Assembly: GCA_009914755.4 (NCBI GenBank)
Contig: CP068257.2
Span: 36,032,001-36,096,000, forward strand
Direction: 5' to 3'
Length of the DNA: 64,000 bases
Origin: the human T2T-CHM13v2.0 reference genome, Homo sapiens
The notes beneath the pieces were generated by a model. That model saw only the letters and a list, made by a program, of their open reading frames with translations. It ran no database searches and had not been told where the DNA came from. A program made the position numbers and the translations under genes. Of the stretch, positions 1 through 13,460 are shown piece after piece; positions within the stretch are counted from its first letter, which is position 1; every line of letters begins with the position of its first letter.

Positions 1-140
1 GCTGTTTCCAGATGAACCAGCCTGGGTTCTGATCTAGCCACATTGATAATGAATGTTCCTTTTGATACCGAAGCACAAAACTGGGAGAAGCTGAGCTTCT
101 TCACTTATTTCCTATCTGTTTGTTCTATGTCTCTAAATAG

Positions 141-426
141 GTCTGTCTCGCTCTGTCGCCCTGGCTGGAGTGCAGTGGCGCCATCTCGGCTCACTGCAAA
201 CTCCGCCTCCCAGGTTCACGCCATTCTCCTGCCTCAGCCTCCCCAAGTAGCTGGGACTACAGACGCCCGCCACCACACCCAGCTAATTTTTTTTTTTTTT
301 GTATTTTTAGTAGAGACGGGGCTTCACCATGTTAGCCAGGATGGTCTCCATCTCCTGACCTTGTGATTCACCCACCTCAGCCTCCCAAAGTGCTGGGATT
401 ACAGGTGTGAACCACCGCGCCTGGCC
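141..426 (-). mobile_element. Alu SINE, antisense on the plus strand, 5'-truncated at the poly-A side
   Basis: Reverse complement of the Alu consensus is visible: gcctcagcctcccaaagtgctgggattacaggtgtgaaccaccgcgcctggcc at the right end. An internal T-rich linker (aattttttttttttttgtatttttagtagagacgggg) matches the Alu middle A-rich region. Confidence 0.9.
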
Positions 427-639
427 TAATTCCAGCATTTAAAAACAATCTGTCCAGTGTGTCTGCATTCTAGAAAAGCAGGGCACAATGAATGTGGCTT
501 TGATTCTGCCTGGTCCTTAGATAATCCTGGCCACACATTAAGCCCAGGTTTAGCGTCTGGCGCCAGTTCCCTCTGCCCGCTTCCTTGAGCTCTCTGCTCC
601 AGCAAGGTGGGGTGGGCAGATAGGGTTGTTGTAGGCTTG

Positions 640-870
640 GGCTTTGGCAATAAGCTACCTCTGGACTGAGTCCGAGTTCTGCCTCTCACTCTCCACATGA
701 GTTGTGACAAGCTCCATTACTTTCCTGAGCCTCAGTTTCCTTGTGTGTGAAAAAGGAATAATAATACCTCCAGGTTGTTGTCAGGTGCACATATGGTAGG
801 TACCAGGTGTGTAGTGCGTTATAACTGCCTCGCTGTGGGCTCTCAACAAAGACGGCAACTGGATGGCCAC
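640..870 (+). mobile_element. MIR (mammalian-wide interspersed repeat) fragment
   Basis: The core motif cctgagcctcagtttccttgtgtgtgaaaaaggaataataatacctcc and downstream ggtgcacatatggtaggtacc resemble the MIR consensus (cctcagtttcctcatctgtaaaatggggataataatacctacc ... gcacatagtaagcgctcaataaatg). Confidence 0.5.
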
Positions 871-2207
871 AGCCTCCTCACTGTCCTGCGTGTCATTCCC
901 CTGCCTGGACTACGCTTCCTCTCCCTCTGTTTATTGAAATTCTATCCAGTGGTTTTAGGAGGCCTCTCTGAGCATCTCAGCCAGCTTTCCTTCAAGAATC
1001 CTGCTTCATCTATTGTCTGAAGCACCTGCTAGGCTCTTCACACTCTGCTTATTGCTTTTCACTTGACAATTTTTGAGGTTTCATTCATTACAATTATCAA
1101 AAGAATTTTGGCATAAGTCTTCCTTCCCCAACTAGGCTGTCAGTCTCTGGCGTTTAGTAAATATGTATGCTTTGTCTGTCTTTGTACATCCACCCTCATC
1201 TCCTAATCAGATAATCTCAATGAGATTTGTATCTCTTGTATACCATAAGCTCGATAAATACTTGATAATACTCGATGACAACTCAAAAGTTCAATTCTAT
1301 TGCCACTCCTTGAATTATAATAGCACTTACTCTGTGAGACAGTTACTATGTTAATTATCAGAATGAATGAAACTAGAAACAGACCTTCTCCTCCTAAAAC
1401 TTATCGAGGCTAGGGAAATGAAAGACATTGATCATTGTATAAAACTTGTAATGAGTTTTACAAAAGAAAGGTACAGAGAGCCACAGGACCATTTAAGGGC
1501 AGGAGCTTGGTGTCACTTGGGAGTAGGGATGGCTTTCTCGATGTCACACTACAGGGGGGTGGACAGAGAAGGGTATCCCTGGACTGAAGGAGCAGTGACT
1601 GTGTTGTGGGGACAGTCATACATGAGATAATGATATGAGGTGAGGCTAAAGAGGAGAGCGGGGGCCCACATGTAGGCCTGTCGGCCACATCAATAAACCA
1701 GCCTTCCCTCTAAAAGCAGTAAGAAGGCATTGGAGAGTTTGGAGGAGATAGATAGGATCCTCCTCTCTGTGTTTTGAAAAGAGCCCTTGAGCTGCAGTGC
1801 TCATAGGGGACTGGGGCAGAGCAAGAATGAACAAACCGAGAGCAAGGAGGAGCCTTCCCAGTGGTCTGGGCAAGGGATGATGGCGGGTAGATTGGAGTGG
1901 TCATGCAGAGGAAGGGAGTGGAAGGATTCAAGACAGAGCGGGGAAGGGAAATAGACTGAGCTTAATGCTGGGTTGGAAATGGGGACAGGGAACATACAAA
2001 TTCCCTTGATGTCATCTAGGTTTCTGGACTGAGCACCTGGGTGGACAGTGGAGCTGTACACCAACATATGGACTCCTGGAGAGGACTGGATTGAGAAGGA
2101 GTGTGTGAGTTTAGTTTGGACAGGTTAAGTGATGCCCAGGCTCTAAGAGGAGCTGTCAAAGGATGGTTGGATAAAGTCTTCTGGAACTTTAGGGACAAGT
2201 CTAACTT

Positions 2208-2316
2208 GTCCAGCATTGATGGTGACTAGTTCACATGTCAACTTCAACCACAGTCTCCATCCTGCGGGCTTGTAACCTTATTTTCAACCTTACTGACCCA
2301 CTGATTTTACTCCATA
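2208..2316. repeat. Left arm of a ~108-bp inverted repeat; partner at 3643-3752
   Basis: ccagcattgatggtgactagttcacatgtcaacttcaaccacagtctccatcctgcgggcttgtaaccttattttcaaccttactgacccactgattttactcca equals the reverse complement of 3643-3752, with 4 mismatches and 1 indel (about 95% identity). Confidence 0.85.
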
Positions 2317-3642
2317 TCTCTTTAGGATGAGTCTTTAGGTTAGAGGTAAATTTGGGAGTCACTGGTGTACAGTAGCTGATGTTGTGGAACGTCAATGAGA
2401 ATTGGAGATAGAATAGAGTGAGGGGGGAAAAGAGACTAGTTAGACTGAACCTTGAGAAAATGAACCAACATTTTCATGGCTGGTTACAGGAGGTGGAGGC
2501 TGAACAACAGCTTGAGTGAATAGAGGCAGAAGAAAAACCAGGAAGCTTCAGGTCATAGGAGCCCACGGAGGAGAGTGGTTCCAGAAAGAAACAGTGGTCA
2601 ACATCAAAAACTGCTGGATGGACAAAAGAAATGGAACTAGTGTATTGGATTTAAAGACTAAAGATCATTGATGAGCTGGGCAGGGGATGTTTCAGCAGAA
2701 CAGTGGGGTCAGAAACCTGTGGGAGCCTGTTGAGTAGTGAATGGCAAAAAGAAGAGGAAGAATGGAAGTATCAACAACTCTTTTGAAGAATTTGCTTGTC
2801 AGGGGGCAGAAAGAGCCAAGGTTGATGGAGAACTGTGGAAGCGAAGGAGGGTTTTTGTTTTTTTTGTTGTTTTGTTTTAATGGGAGAGACTTGACACAAT
2901 TACATACAAAGAATTCATTGGGAAGAGAGAGGTCAAATATTTGGGAGAAAGAGGGGATTATTTATAGTGTTTTAGGGTGAGGCTATTCTGGATTGTCCAG
3001 GACTAAGAGGTACCCTGGGACACAGGACTTTTAGTGCTAAAACTGGGATAACTTTGGACAAACTGGGATGATTGGCCACTCTAGTTGTCAGATAGGCAAG
3101 AGAAGATGGGACTTAAAGCACAGGAGCTGGAATTTTCTGCAGGAAGAGGGGCATTTTCTCTTTTGCAATGGGAGGAAAGAAAAGGATGGACTCAGATGTG
3201 GAAAACACTGCAGGCTTACTTGAGGAAGCTAGGGGATTCCTGTCTGATGTTTTCAATTTCCTGAGTAAGTCCATTTGCTGAGAGGGAATGAGTGGAGAAA
3301 GTTTGAAATGCTCTTTGTGGAGCCTGGGAGAGCACATTGAACAGAAAAATTACTGGGCAGCGTTGAAGGTCCCTGTGAGGTTGGGTTGCATGAATTTAGA
3401 ATGATGCTCATCTGCCCGTGTGTGTGTGGGATTATTTAGCAGAGATCAGCAGCTCAAGTGCAGCTCACAGAAGGTCAATATTTGGCTACTTCTAGGGCTG
3501 ACATTTTCTCCAGTGATGCAACAACAACAACAGCAACACAAAACAAAGGAGTAAAAAGGGAATTAAGGAACTGGCAAGAATTTTACTGAATTCATGGACT
3601 AGAGCTGGATAAAGAAAGAAGTGAAGACAGGAAACGATAATG

Positions 3643-3752
3643 AATTTGGAGTAAAATCAGTGGGTCAGTAGGTTGAAAATAAGGTTACAAGCCTGCAGGA
3701 TGGAGACTGTGGTTGAAGTTGACACGTGAACTAGTTGCCATCAATGCTGGTG
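3643..3752. repeat. Right arm of the inverted repeat (reverse complement of 2208-2316)
   Basis: tggagtaaaatcagtgggtcagtaggttgaaaataaggttacaagcctgcaggatggagactgtggttgaagttgacacgtgaactagttgccatcaatgctgg, compared directly. Homology stops sharply at both the inner and outer boundaries. Confidence 0.85.
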
Positions 3753-5542
3753 GCGCAGGTGTGTGGTGGCAAGGGGTGCTGGCCAGGCTGCAGAAGCAGA
3801 TGGGGAGATGTAAACATGCATTCTCTTTATGGGAAGTTATGACAAAGGAAGGGAGGGATTAAAATACTCAAGGGGGGACGTAGGGTGAATGATGATGGAA
3901 GCAAGCTTTCTAACTGTGCTTAAAAAATAAAGCAAATGCATTTAAATGCTTTAGGGAAATTGCTGTTATCAACTGCCAATATTAATTCCACAGTGCATGG
4001 TATTACAGGACTTCAGTCAATGTTTGATACATTTCATAGGCTCTCTCCATCCTGTCTTCAACCCTGTTGTAATTCTAGTTTGGTATTCTGAGCAAAGTAT
4101 TAGTTTAATTATCTTGCCTTTCTTATTCTCTGATGTACTATGTTCCATTCTTATCAGGTTGCACAAGGTAAGCATATTTGACTTGTCTTAGCCAGCAAAC
4201 CACTTTCCACAGAAAGTTAGAGATGCATTCTTAGTTAGGGCAACCTCTAGAAAAATGGAGTGAAATATGAAAGACATTACTCAAAGTGTGAGAGAGTCCC
4301 ACCCCAACAGAGACTCCAGGACCCTACGGTGGCTCAAGAAGGAGTGTGGGGACCCTAGAAAGTTCTGGAACCAGCCTGGAGAGACTCTTAGGTAGGAATT
4401 TTATAAAGGCTGCCCTTGGGCAACCCTCACTGTCTCTCAGAATCCAAGAAAAAAATTCCACTTTGTGGGTTTTTTTTTTTTTTTTTTTTTGGTGTGTGAG
4501 CATTAGGGATCATGGACGTGCAGCACCAGGCACAGTGGCTCGTTTGTTAGTTCATCCACACTTTTTCCTTTCATTCATTCACTCATGGAATCAGGAAGCA
4601 AGCATCTCTTCAGTCTCCATGTCCTGTGATCTAGGTGAAGGTGCTGGAACACAGAAAATGGACACCCACACACCTCAGTAGACTCAACAAATGGAAGCGT
4701 CTGTCAGCTCTTCTGCTACTTTCTGATTGGTCTTCTACCTTCTTGATTCGACATCTCTCTGCTGTCTTGACATTTGGTAAAAAAAAAAAAAAATGTTTTG
4801 GCATTTCCTAATAACTCTTCCCATATTGCTTTCCTCCAGTTTACTCTCACAGCCCCAAATACAGCAGTTTTAGGAGAAACAGCACCAGTCAGGGGTAGGG
4901 GCCCTGACTCATGTGTCCTTGAGTGTGTCAAGAGACCCCTCTGGCCACCATGCAGGGCCTGCCCATGCTGTTCCTTGCCATTTTAATGTCTCCGTTGAGC
5001 TTCTCAATGGCTCGGTGAAGCAGCAGGCAGGGGTGGTTCTTGCTACTTCCATTTCACTGATGAGCAAATCTATGAGATTAAATGACTGGTCCCAGGGACA
5101 GAGCAAATTCATGGAAGACCTGGGTGTCCTGGCATTTGTGGTGGCCTCCTGGCATCTGCATCTTCATCCTGTCTGCACAGCCCCTGGCTGGGTCTGGGGA
5201 TGCAGCTCTCTCCCTGGCTCTGGGTGAGGAGTGCATGACCAGCCTCAGCCAATCGGCATGGACATCCCCAAGGCCAATGGGTAGGCCTGTGGCCCGAGTC
5301 AATCACTGTGATTCTCAGAACTCATGGGAGCTATAGGCAAGTACTACAGCTCTTTCCCATTAAACTTGAACCTGAGAAGATGTGAGAGAGAGGCGGACCG
5401 AGACAGAGGCAGCACAAAGGAAGTGGAGCAGGGAGATGGAAGAAGAGAAGGTCCTGGTGACATCATTTGAGTTCCTGGGTCAAGCTCTATCCAAGCTAGT
5501 CCTGCCATGGTCTTAGAATACACTGCCTTCACACTCTAGACA

Positions 5543-5544
<2 letters not shown>

Positions 5545-5622
<78 letters not shown>
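5545..5622. repeat. Compound microsatellite (GT)~19 followed by (GA)~19
   Basis: A direct run tgtgtgtg...tgagagagagagaaagagagag... read from the sequence. Confidence 0.95.
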
Positions 5623-8600
5623 TGTAACCATGAAGAGGTAATTGATACCTAGGGCCTCTGAGCTCCTCCACCAACACCCTCCCCAGAAGTGGCCAGATTA
5701 CTTTTGGAGTAATTGTATCATAGGCAAATCAAAGCTGAAATTATTTATGAAGAAGCTGAATGAACTCATTGATTGTTCTTTACAAGAATTTCAACAGACT
5801 TTTTCTTCTAAGGAAGAAGTAATACCAGGTCTTATGTGGGTTTTTATATAGGCTGTGCACTTGTGTGTGTGTGTATGTATTTGAGAAGGTAGGACATAGG
5901 AAGGTAGAATGGACAAGGGGAATGATGTGAAAATTCTTTGCAAAGTGAAAAGTCCTATTTAAGTATAAAATTATCTTCAGTTATGTTTCAGTTGGTAGTT
6001 GGCTTCTTATAATCCAGTGCTTGACTCAGGGACCTTCTCTGATTCTTAGTGGTAACCAGGGAGCTCTGTGTCAGCATGACTCCCATGCATGGGGAAGCAT
6101 TTTTCCCCAAAGGTCATAACTAGAGGCCAGCCCTGGGGCAGAAGAGGAGCAAGACGAAGCCACGGAGGTCAGGGTTTGCACTTCTGTTTCTGTATTTGGC
6201 TGACATCATTCCATGGACTTGGGTGTGGAACTTCCCCTATGTCTCTCTTGCTCTCTCTCTTTTTCTCTTTCCCACACACAGCCCTGGGAGGATGGCATAG
6301 GAGAGAGCGTGTGACACCACATGGCCATGGCCCATGGGGGGGCCTTCCTGGACCCTCATGGACTTAGGGGTTTTGCATCACCATGGTGCTGCCAGACGTG
6401 GCATGCACACGTTACATCAATGATAATGGGACATGGTGCCTGGACTCGGCGTGATGCTGCTGTGCCCTCTCCAAATGATACACCCCTGCTCCACAGGCTG
6501 GCATCAGCTGGCCACACCCCTTCTCCCTGCTGAGCAGCACAGGAGATGCTGACTCCTGGCTCTAGTGCTTTCATCCAATCATTGGGGGTTCTTCCTGCTG
6601 TGCTCAGGGTCCACAGAATCTTGACAAGCTCCTCACACAGAAGACACAGGCCTGGTCTGTGCATGCCAGCTTCAGATCCCTCATGAATGCTAAGGGGCTG
6701 CCTTGATGTCCCCACCAGCTCTCCTCTCCCTGCTGGGGCCTTCCCGGGCTGCAGCTGCAGACCCAGGCTGAGTCAAAGTGGTTGGTTTGTGGGGTAGACG
6801 ATGAGCTTTAGCATGGTGGCCCCCCACCCAGGCTCACATGTGGTACTCTAACCTCTGAGGTGGGCCGCATAGCAGCCTCCCTTGCCCGCTCCTCTCCCAG
6901 CCTCCCCATGGCTCTGCAGCCCTGCAGGGGTGGTGCAGCTGGAGCTGGAGCGGCTGGGGCTGGCATGGGACACAAGGGCGATTCTTATCTTTGTCCTTTC
7001 CCCGGCCTGCCTGAGCTGGACGGTGGCTGGAGATCAGACCCTTGGCTTGCCTTCTGTCAGGGACACTGTCCTCAAAACTTGAGGATGGAAGAGAAATTCA
7101 CATTCTACGTGGCCAAGCCTCCTGTCTCTCTTCTCTGGGGAGGGGAGGCTGCTTTTGTTTATGCTTCCTTCTCTCTGCTGGAAGAGACTATAATGAGAGG
7201 ATATTTTCTTGTCCTTTGGCCCAAGAAGTTGGCACCCCAGCGCCAGGGTACTCAATGATGCTTGTGCTTCCTTCCCACCCAAAGAAAAGTTCCAGGGGAT
7301 GTCAGTGATGGCGCTGTCCTGTTCTGCCATTGGAGGTCCTAGAAGATGCAGAGAGGTTGCTTCTTGGAGAGGAGGGAGGGGACAGGGTGTCCTGCCCTGG
7401 TACCCACATGGGCCTTCCTACACAGGGTGAGGAGTCTGAGAAGCCAAGGGGACCAGTCCACCCAGAACCCCTGCCTCACCCCCAGCCGGTCCCCAGGTAT
7501 CTGGGACCTGGGAACTCTCTCCTCCAACGGCCCTGATCCAAGGCCTGTGCTGGCTAGAGTCATGGAAGGGTGGCTCAGGGCTGCAGAGCTGGGGATGGGA
7601 CTTGGGGAGCTGGTTGGGGTGAACCTACACACGTCACCAATGACCCTCACTGGATGAGACAGGAGATAAGGGTGGGAGAGAAGAGGCATGTCCTGGGGGC
7701 CCCATTTGTGCTCTTGTTCTGGCCCTGAAAACCTTAGGGGTGGGTCTGGGGTGAGGCTCAGCAGTGGGAGCCCTGGGAACCTTCTCTGCCATAAGGACGG
7801 GGGATTCTGAGACAGGTGAGGGTCTGCCTAGTGTGCCCAGAAAATAGTTCCTGCTCTTCCTTAGTAGCACAAGCACTGAGGCTGCCTGCTCCCAGCTTGA
7901 CAGGGGTTCACTAGGACCCCTTCCTCTCCTCTCCCTCCTCTCAAAGAGATTGGGGACTCAGCTGGGATCGTTGGGTGCCTGTAACAAACCAGAGGGGTGC
8001 CCCTCACTTTCTGGACTCAGTGAAAATCAGTCTTCTAATTTTGCCCATATCATTCCTGATGAAAATTCAGTTAAGTGAGGTCTTAGAGAAGAGGTAGTAG
8101 AGAAAGTGGTAATTTCTCATAACTGACCCGCCCAGGCCACCCTCTGGTTTAGAAAAGTCCCTGCTCCATGAAGGGAATTTTCTGGGGGAGACGGCATCTG
8201 AGAAATCAGTATTTCACGACGGTGTCTTTCCAGTGATGGTTCTGCAAGCTGGTAGAGTGGTGAGTCGGGATTTGAACTCAGATCTTTGGCCACCCAGGTT
8301 TTCCTTGCCTTGCCTTGCAGGGCTGGTCTTAGGCTTCAAGATTCATTTTTGTAGTTTGTGGGTTTTCTCTTAAAACGAGGCTCTTATTCCTGCAAATATT
8401 TACAGGTTACTTTATTCTGTGTGGAACAGAATTGCTTCTAACCTGGTGGGGGCAGGGAACACTGCAGTAAGGGCTCAATTAACTGATTTCACAGTGGTCA
8501 CGACTCAGACATTCATTTTAGAGATTAAGTGGAAAATAAAAGAGATCAGAGCACCTCAAGCATACAGCAGGAACGCACAGTGAATTAAATGGAGAGATGG

Positions 8601-11600
8601 AAGTATTTGGTCCCTGAAGACGAGCATGACATTGCGATTTAGCTTGGATGAGAAAACTGAGGTTTCTTGGAAATGCCTACCCACGTGGGGGAATTTCTCT
8701 GTCAAGTTTCTGCTGCTTTGCAGCCATTTAAAATGGGTCCTGAAATATCTGCAGTGCAGAACATCTGAGAAGAGCTTTTCATTTGCTAGAATGTTGCAGC
8801 AAGCAGGCTAAGCGATGTTAGCAGGCAACTTTGTGATAGATTTAGAAAGCCCCGAAGAAATGGGTGGTGGTGATACAGAGAGATTTTTTCTTTCCTTTTT
8901 TTCCTTTTTTGGCTTGTCTGCAGAATAGATGAAAAGAGAAAATATACCCAGATACTTTGCTCACTCTCCCAAGTGCACACTAGGCAATGTAAGCTCCAGA
9001 GGCAGAGCTTACAGGAGGGGAAGGGACGCTGAGGCCAAGAGTGCTGGCTCACTGGGGTGGAAGGGACTTCAGAGGGCGTTCCTCACTCCTCTTATTGCAG
9101 GTGAAGAAACAGAGGCAGTGGTCCTTTGCCCCAGGCCATTCAGCTGGCCAGTAGCGGAGCCCAGGGCTACCCAGATCCTCCAATGCCCAGGCTGGTCCTC
9201 TTTCCTTTCTGACCCCAACACATGAAGAGTCCATCTGGAAATGTTGGCTCCCACACTTCAAAACATTAAACTCCTTGTTCTCTTTCTCCAAATGATTAAT
9301 TTGTTTTCAGTGTTTACATTAGCTGGAAGCCAAGTTGGGAACACTCCTAACTCGTTTCTCAAACAAGATGTTTTTAAAATGAAGTTTCCCAGCATGGAAT
9401 GCTTTGCTACTTTGTAAGGGCTTCAGTTGCTAAGAACTTACTGCACCTGTGTCAAAACTGTGCTCTCAGGGCCCCTGGTGGAGTCCAGAAGAAGAGTTCC
9501 ACGCAGTCCCTGTTTTTCTTTTTTTTCCAGGAACTCCTGGAAACTGAATCACAGATCAGATCATGTTGTTCCACAAGAACGATGTGTCACTGTGAGGCTG
9601 CATTCCTGACCACGAACTGAGCACCAAATAAGTCATGGACATGCACCAAAAGGTGTGACCCAAGGGAGGCAGGGTGAGCCCCATGTCTCAGAACATCCTC
9701 GCGGACAGCAAAGCCCTTGATGTGGTGGAGTAGGGGCCTGTGGCAACCCCTCACACATGGCAGGTCCTTTGCAACCCCAAGTGCTTCAGATGCTACCAGC
9801 CCTCCTTGGGCAGGTCTGAGATGTGACAGAGAAGAAGATGAGAATGGAAAAAGAGAAAGAAGAGCGGAAAACTAAAAGAGGGAAGGGCAGAGGAAAGAGC
9901 AGAAATGCAGTCTAGCTGGAGGGCAGGCTGCTGGCTCCAGCCACTGCCTCAGATCCCCCCGACCTGGGGTACTCAGGAGTCTGAGTGGGTACAGGGCTAT
10001 AGCCTCAATTTCCCCATCTGATGTGGGACTTGCCTTGACCCAATGCCTGGACCACAATCATCCCTGATACCTGAAGCCTCCATAGATATGACTCTTTCTA
10101 ACGTTTGCTGCTTCAGGATTCAACCTTGTCCACTTTTGGCTTCTTCATGCCCTCTCCAATGAGCAGTGATTCAAAACCTTTTATAAAACTACCCATCACT
10201 ATCATCTCTGGCAACATGGCTGTCTAGAGAACTCAGAAAACTGTCTCCCTCTGTAATGTTTAAAATGCTGGCTATATTTCAGAAATGTAGATGGCTGCAC
10301 ATGACAAAGTTAAAAAGAAAGGGAAGTGTTCAGAGGTCAAAAGAGGATGCCAAAGTCCAGAGAGCTGCAGGAATGCTGGAGGGAGGCTGCCCTGGGGCAG
10401 GTGCTAACCCCATGACCTCAGGTGGCTTTGGTGTGCCCACTTCCTGGGGACTTGGCACAGCAGCTTGGGTGAGACTCACGTGCAGAGCTCACTGTCCAGG
10501 CAGCTTTCCCAGGAGGCACCTGCCTGGGCACACACCTACACTCTCTTCCTTTTTTCTTTCACAACTGGTCCCCTCCAACTTGACCAAGAAAGGCCATGTT
10601 TTACCAGGATTCCTGCCACAGGGTGCAAGGCCCTAGACAAAGGGGCGAGAGATAAGAAATATCAGTGCTGTTGGACACCCTTCTAATAGTGGCATCATGT
10701 GCCCCAGGCTGGCTTCGGGGCTCTCCTTCTCTCCCATGCTCTACCCTGAATGGGAAGCACTGGTCGTGGGGTGTTCTGGCCCAGCTGTGAGGTTCTGAAT
10801 TCATTTGAGTTGTAGAGTGGGCTAGCACATGGGATGCTGATTTTCCTTTAATGACCTTGCCCTTTCCATTCCCTACTATGGCCACAGAATGCATTGTTCC
10901 CATAAGGACCAAACAAAGACTTGTAGACGATGGTAGCTCATGTCACCCAGGCAGCAAACACACACCTCACTGGCGTACCTGTGTTAGAAATAATTTGGGA
11001 TGGGGAGAAGGCGTGCTGGGACTCTCCATGAGGTTCAGAGCATGCTGCTGTCATGCTCACCACCAGGGCTGGAGGGAGCTTGTTGGAGAGCACGCTTACT
11101 GCGGGCCAGGCACTGCACCAGAGGGCACCCGTTTGGCCTTAATTGACACCGCTAATCTTGGTAAGGCCTGTCTCCCATCGGTGTCCCCGTCTGTGCCTTG
11201 GTTGGATCATTTGCATGATTTTAAGGTTGAGAAAGTGAAAATGTGCACACCTAAGCAGATTGATGGAACATCTCTGACAGAAAGTCACATAGGATAGAGG
11301 TAAGATAGTGTCTTAGTTTCTTCAACATTTACAGGGAAAACACTTTCATGATCTTTTGGCCAAAATACAATTGAATATTGTAAATCCATATTCAACTTTT
11401 TTTGCAAGGGTCTATTGAAATTCATACTATCTCTATGTTTCTGAAATTTTCACAGGATATCAGGCTAAAAGAGGCTTTTCTAACTATGAGTAACAGATTA
11501 ATAGTTATTTGATAACTGTTGATAAGACCCCCTCCCCACTCCCACCTTTTGGTATAATTCCTTGAAAGTGAGAATGTGACTGTCTATAATGACTAGTAAC

Positions 11601-11949
11601 AAATGACTAGTAACTTTTGTAAGATAGGTGGGTTCTAATTATTTGCTTTTAACAAAACGGAAACAGCTTATGGGTAATTTAAAATAACTTTCCATGATTA
11701 ATCAGCACGTGATTTTTAATAACAAATGACTCCAAAGGGGTTCATAGAACAGAGTGATGTGCTACATCAATACTCATTTCTTCCCTTTTCTGTAATTTTG
11801 AGAATAATGTTCATAAGTGCATATATCTAAACTAATAAAGATTGGAACAGAAGTAATGCTGAATCCTGCCTTAGACTACCAGTAAGTCATATTAATCTAT
11901 AGCTACATGTAAAAAAATTAGAAGCTCCACCCATTTCCTTAAGAGACAT

Positions 11950-11950
<1 letters not shown>

Positions 11951-11990
<40 letters not shown>

Positions 11991-12275
11991 AGACTGGAGT
12001 CTCTCTCTGTCGCCCAGGCTGGAGTGCAGTGGCGCGATCTCGCTCACTGCAAGCTCCGCCTCCCAGGTTCACGCCATTCTCCTGCCTCAGCCTCTTGAGT
12101 AGCTGGGTCTACAGGCGCCGGCCACCATGCCCCGCTAATTTTTTCTATTTTTTTTTTAGTACAGACGGGGTTTCACCGTGTTAGTTGGGATGGTCTCGAT
12201 CTCCTGACCTCGTGATCTGCCTGCCTCGGCCTCCCAAAGTGCTGAGATTACAGGCTTGAGCCACTGCGCCCAGCC
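11951..12275 (-). mobile_element. Full-length Alu SINE (antisense), ~38-nt poly-T (poly-A tail) at left, flanked by TSD TAAGAGACATA
   Basis: A poly-T run at 11952-11989 is followed by gagactggagtctctctctgtcgcccaggctggagtgcagtggcgcgatctcgctcactgcaagctccgcctcc ... ccactgcgcccagcc. The direct repeat taagagacata appears immediately before (11940-11950) and after (12276-12286). Confidence 0.93.
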
Positions 12276-12432
12276 TAAGAGACATAATTCTAATAAAATT
12301 TTACTATTTGTACTTAAAAATTATTTACCAAAACTTAATATATTTATGTTTTGATCATTTGCGTTCTGCTTATGTTATAATAACTATCTAGAAGAAAACA
12401 ATTTAATCCTTGCAGTCTTGTGATCAGAGAAA

Positions 12433-13460
12433 ATTTTATTTATTTTTATTTTTATATTTTAAGTTCCAGGATACATGTGCAGGATGTACAGGTTTGTTAC
12501 ATAGGTAAATGTGTGCCATGGTGGTTTGCTGCATCTATCAACCCATCACCTAGGTACTAAGCCCAGCAAGCATTAACTGTTTTTCTTGATGCTCTCCCTC
12601 CCCATCCCCATCCCTGACAGGCCTGAGTGTGTGTTGTTCCCCTCGCTCTGTCCATGTGTTCTCATTGTTCAGCTTCCACTTATAAGTGAGAACATGTGGT
12701 GCTTGGTTTTCTGTTCCTGTGTTGGTTTGCTAAGGATAATGGCTTCCATTATTCCAGCTTCATCCATGTCCCTGCAAAGGACATGATCTCATTCCTTTTT
12801 ATGGCTGTATAGTATTCCATGGTGTATATGTACCACATTTGCTTTATCCAGTCTATCATTGTGGGCATTTGGGTTGATTCTATGTCTTTGTTATGTGAAT
12901 AGTGCTGCAATGAACATATGCATGCATGTATCTTTGTAATAGAATGATTTATATTCCTTTAGGTATATACCCAGTAATGCGATTGCTGGGTCATATGATA
13001 TTTCTGGTTCTAGGTCTTTGAGGAATCGTCACACTGTCTTCCACAATGATTAACTAATTTACATTCCCACCAACAGTGTAAAAACATTCCTATTTCTCCA
13101 CATCCTCGCCAGCATCTGTTATTTCTTGACTTTTTTATAATCACCATTCTGACTGGCGTGAGATGGTATCTCATTGTGGTTTTGATTTGCATTTCTTGAA
13201 TGACCAGTGATGTTGAGTTCTTTTCTCGTATGTTCATCAGCCACATAAATGTCTTCTTTTGAGAAGTGTCTTTTCATGTCCTTTGCCCACTTTTTAATGA
13301 GGTGGTTTGTTTTTGATAAGATTTTTAATATTTTAAATTTTGTATACATATTCTTGTTGCAGAGAGGTCTGAGAGGGTGATTAAAAAATACTTGGAAGCA
13401 AAAAAAATTTAATATATTAGGATAAAATTCTGTAGGTGAGATGAAATGGAAATAAAAGTT
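12433..13460 (-). mobile_element. LINE-1 3' end (ORF2 C-terminal region plus 3' UTR); the L1 sense strand is the minus strand
   Basis: Minus-strand ORFs 13010-13246 and 13119-13463 translate to ...[48 protein letters not shown]... and ...LIKKWAKDMKRHFSKEDI..., which match the L1 ORF2 C-terminus. The plus strand shows the characteristic antisense L1 3' sequence (ttccacaatgattaactaatttacattcccaccaacagtgtaaaaacattcctatttctccacatcctcgccagcatctg...). A T-rich stretch (reverse of the poly-A tail) lies at 12436-12460. Confidence 0.85.

Noticed and set aside
4468-4492. A 25-nt poly-T run, and a 15-nt poly-A at 4781-4795
   Set aside because: These are simple homopolymers with no adjacent Alu or L1 body. 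They are likely slippage-expanded tails of long-decayed retroelements or plain mononucleotide microsatellites, and are not separately informative.
8262-8300. Short MIR-like motif gagtcgggatttgaactcagatctttggccaccc
   Set aside because: It is too short (under 40 bp) to call confidently without alignment.
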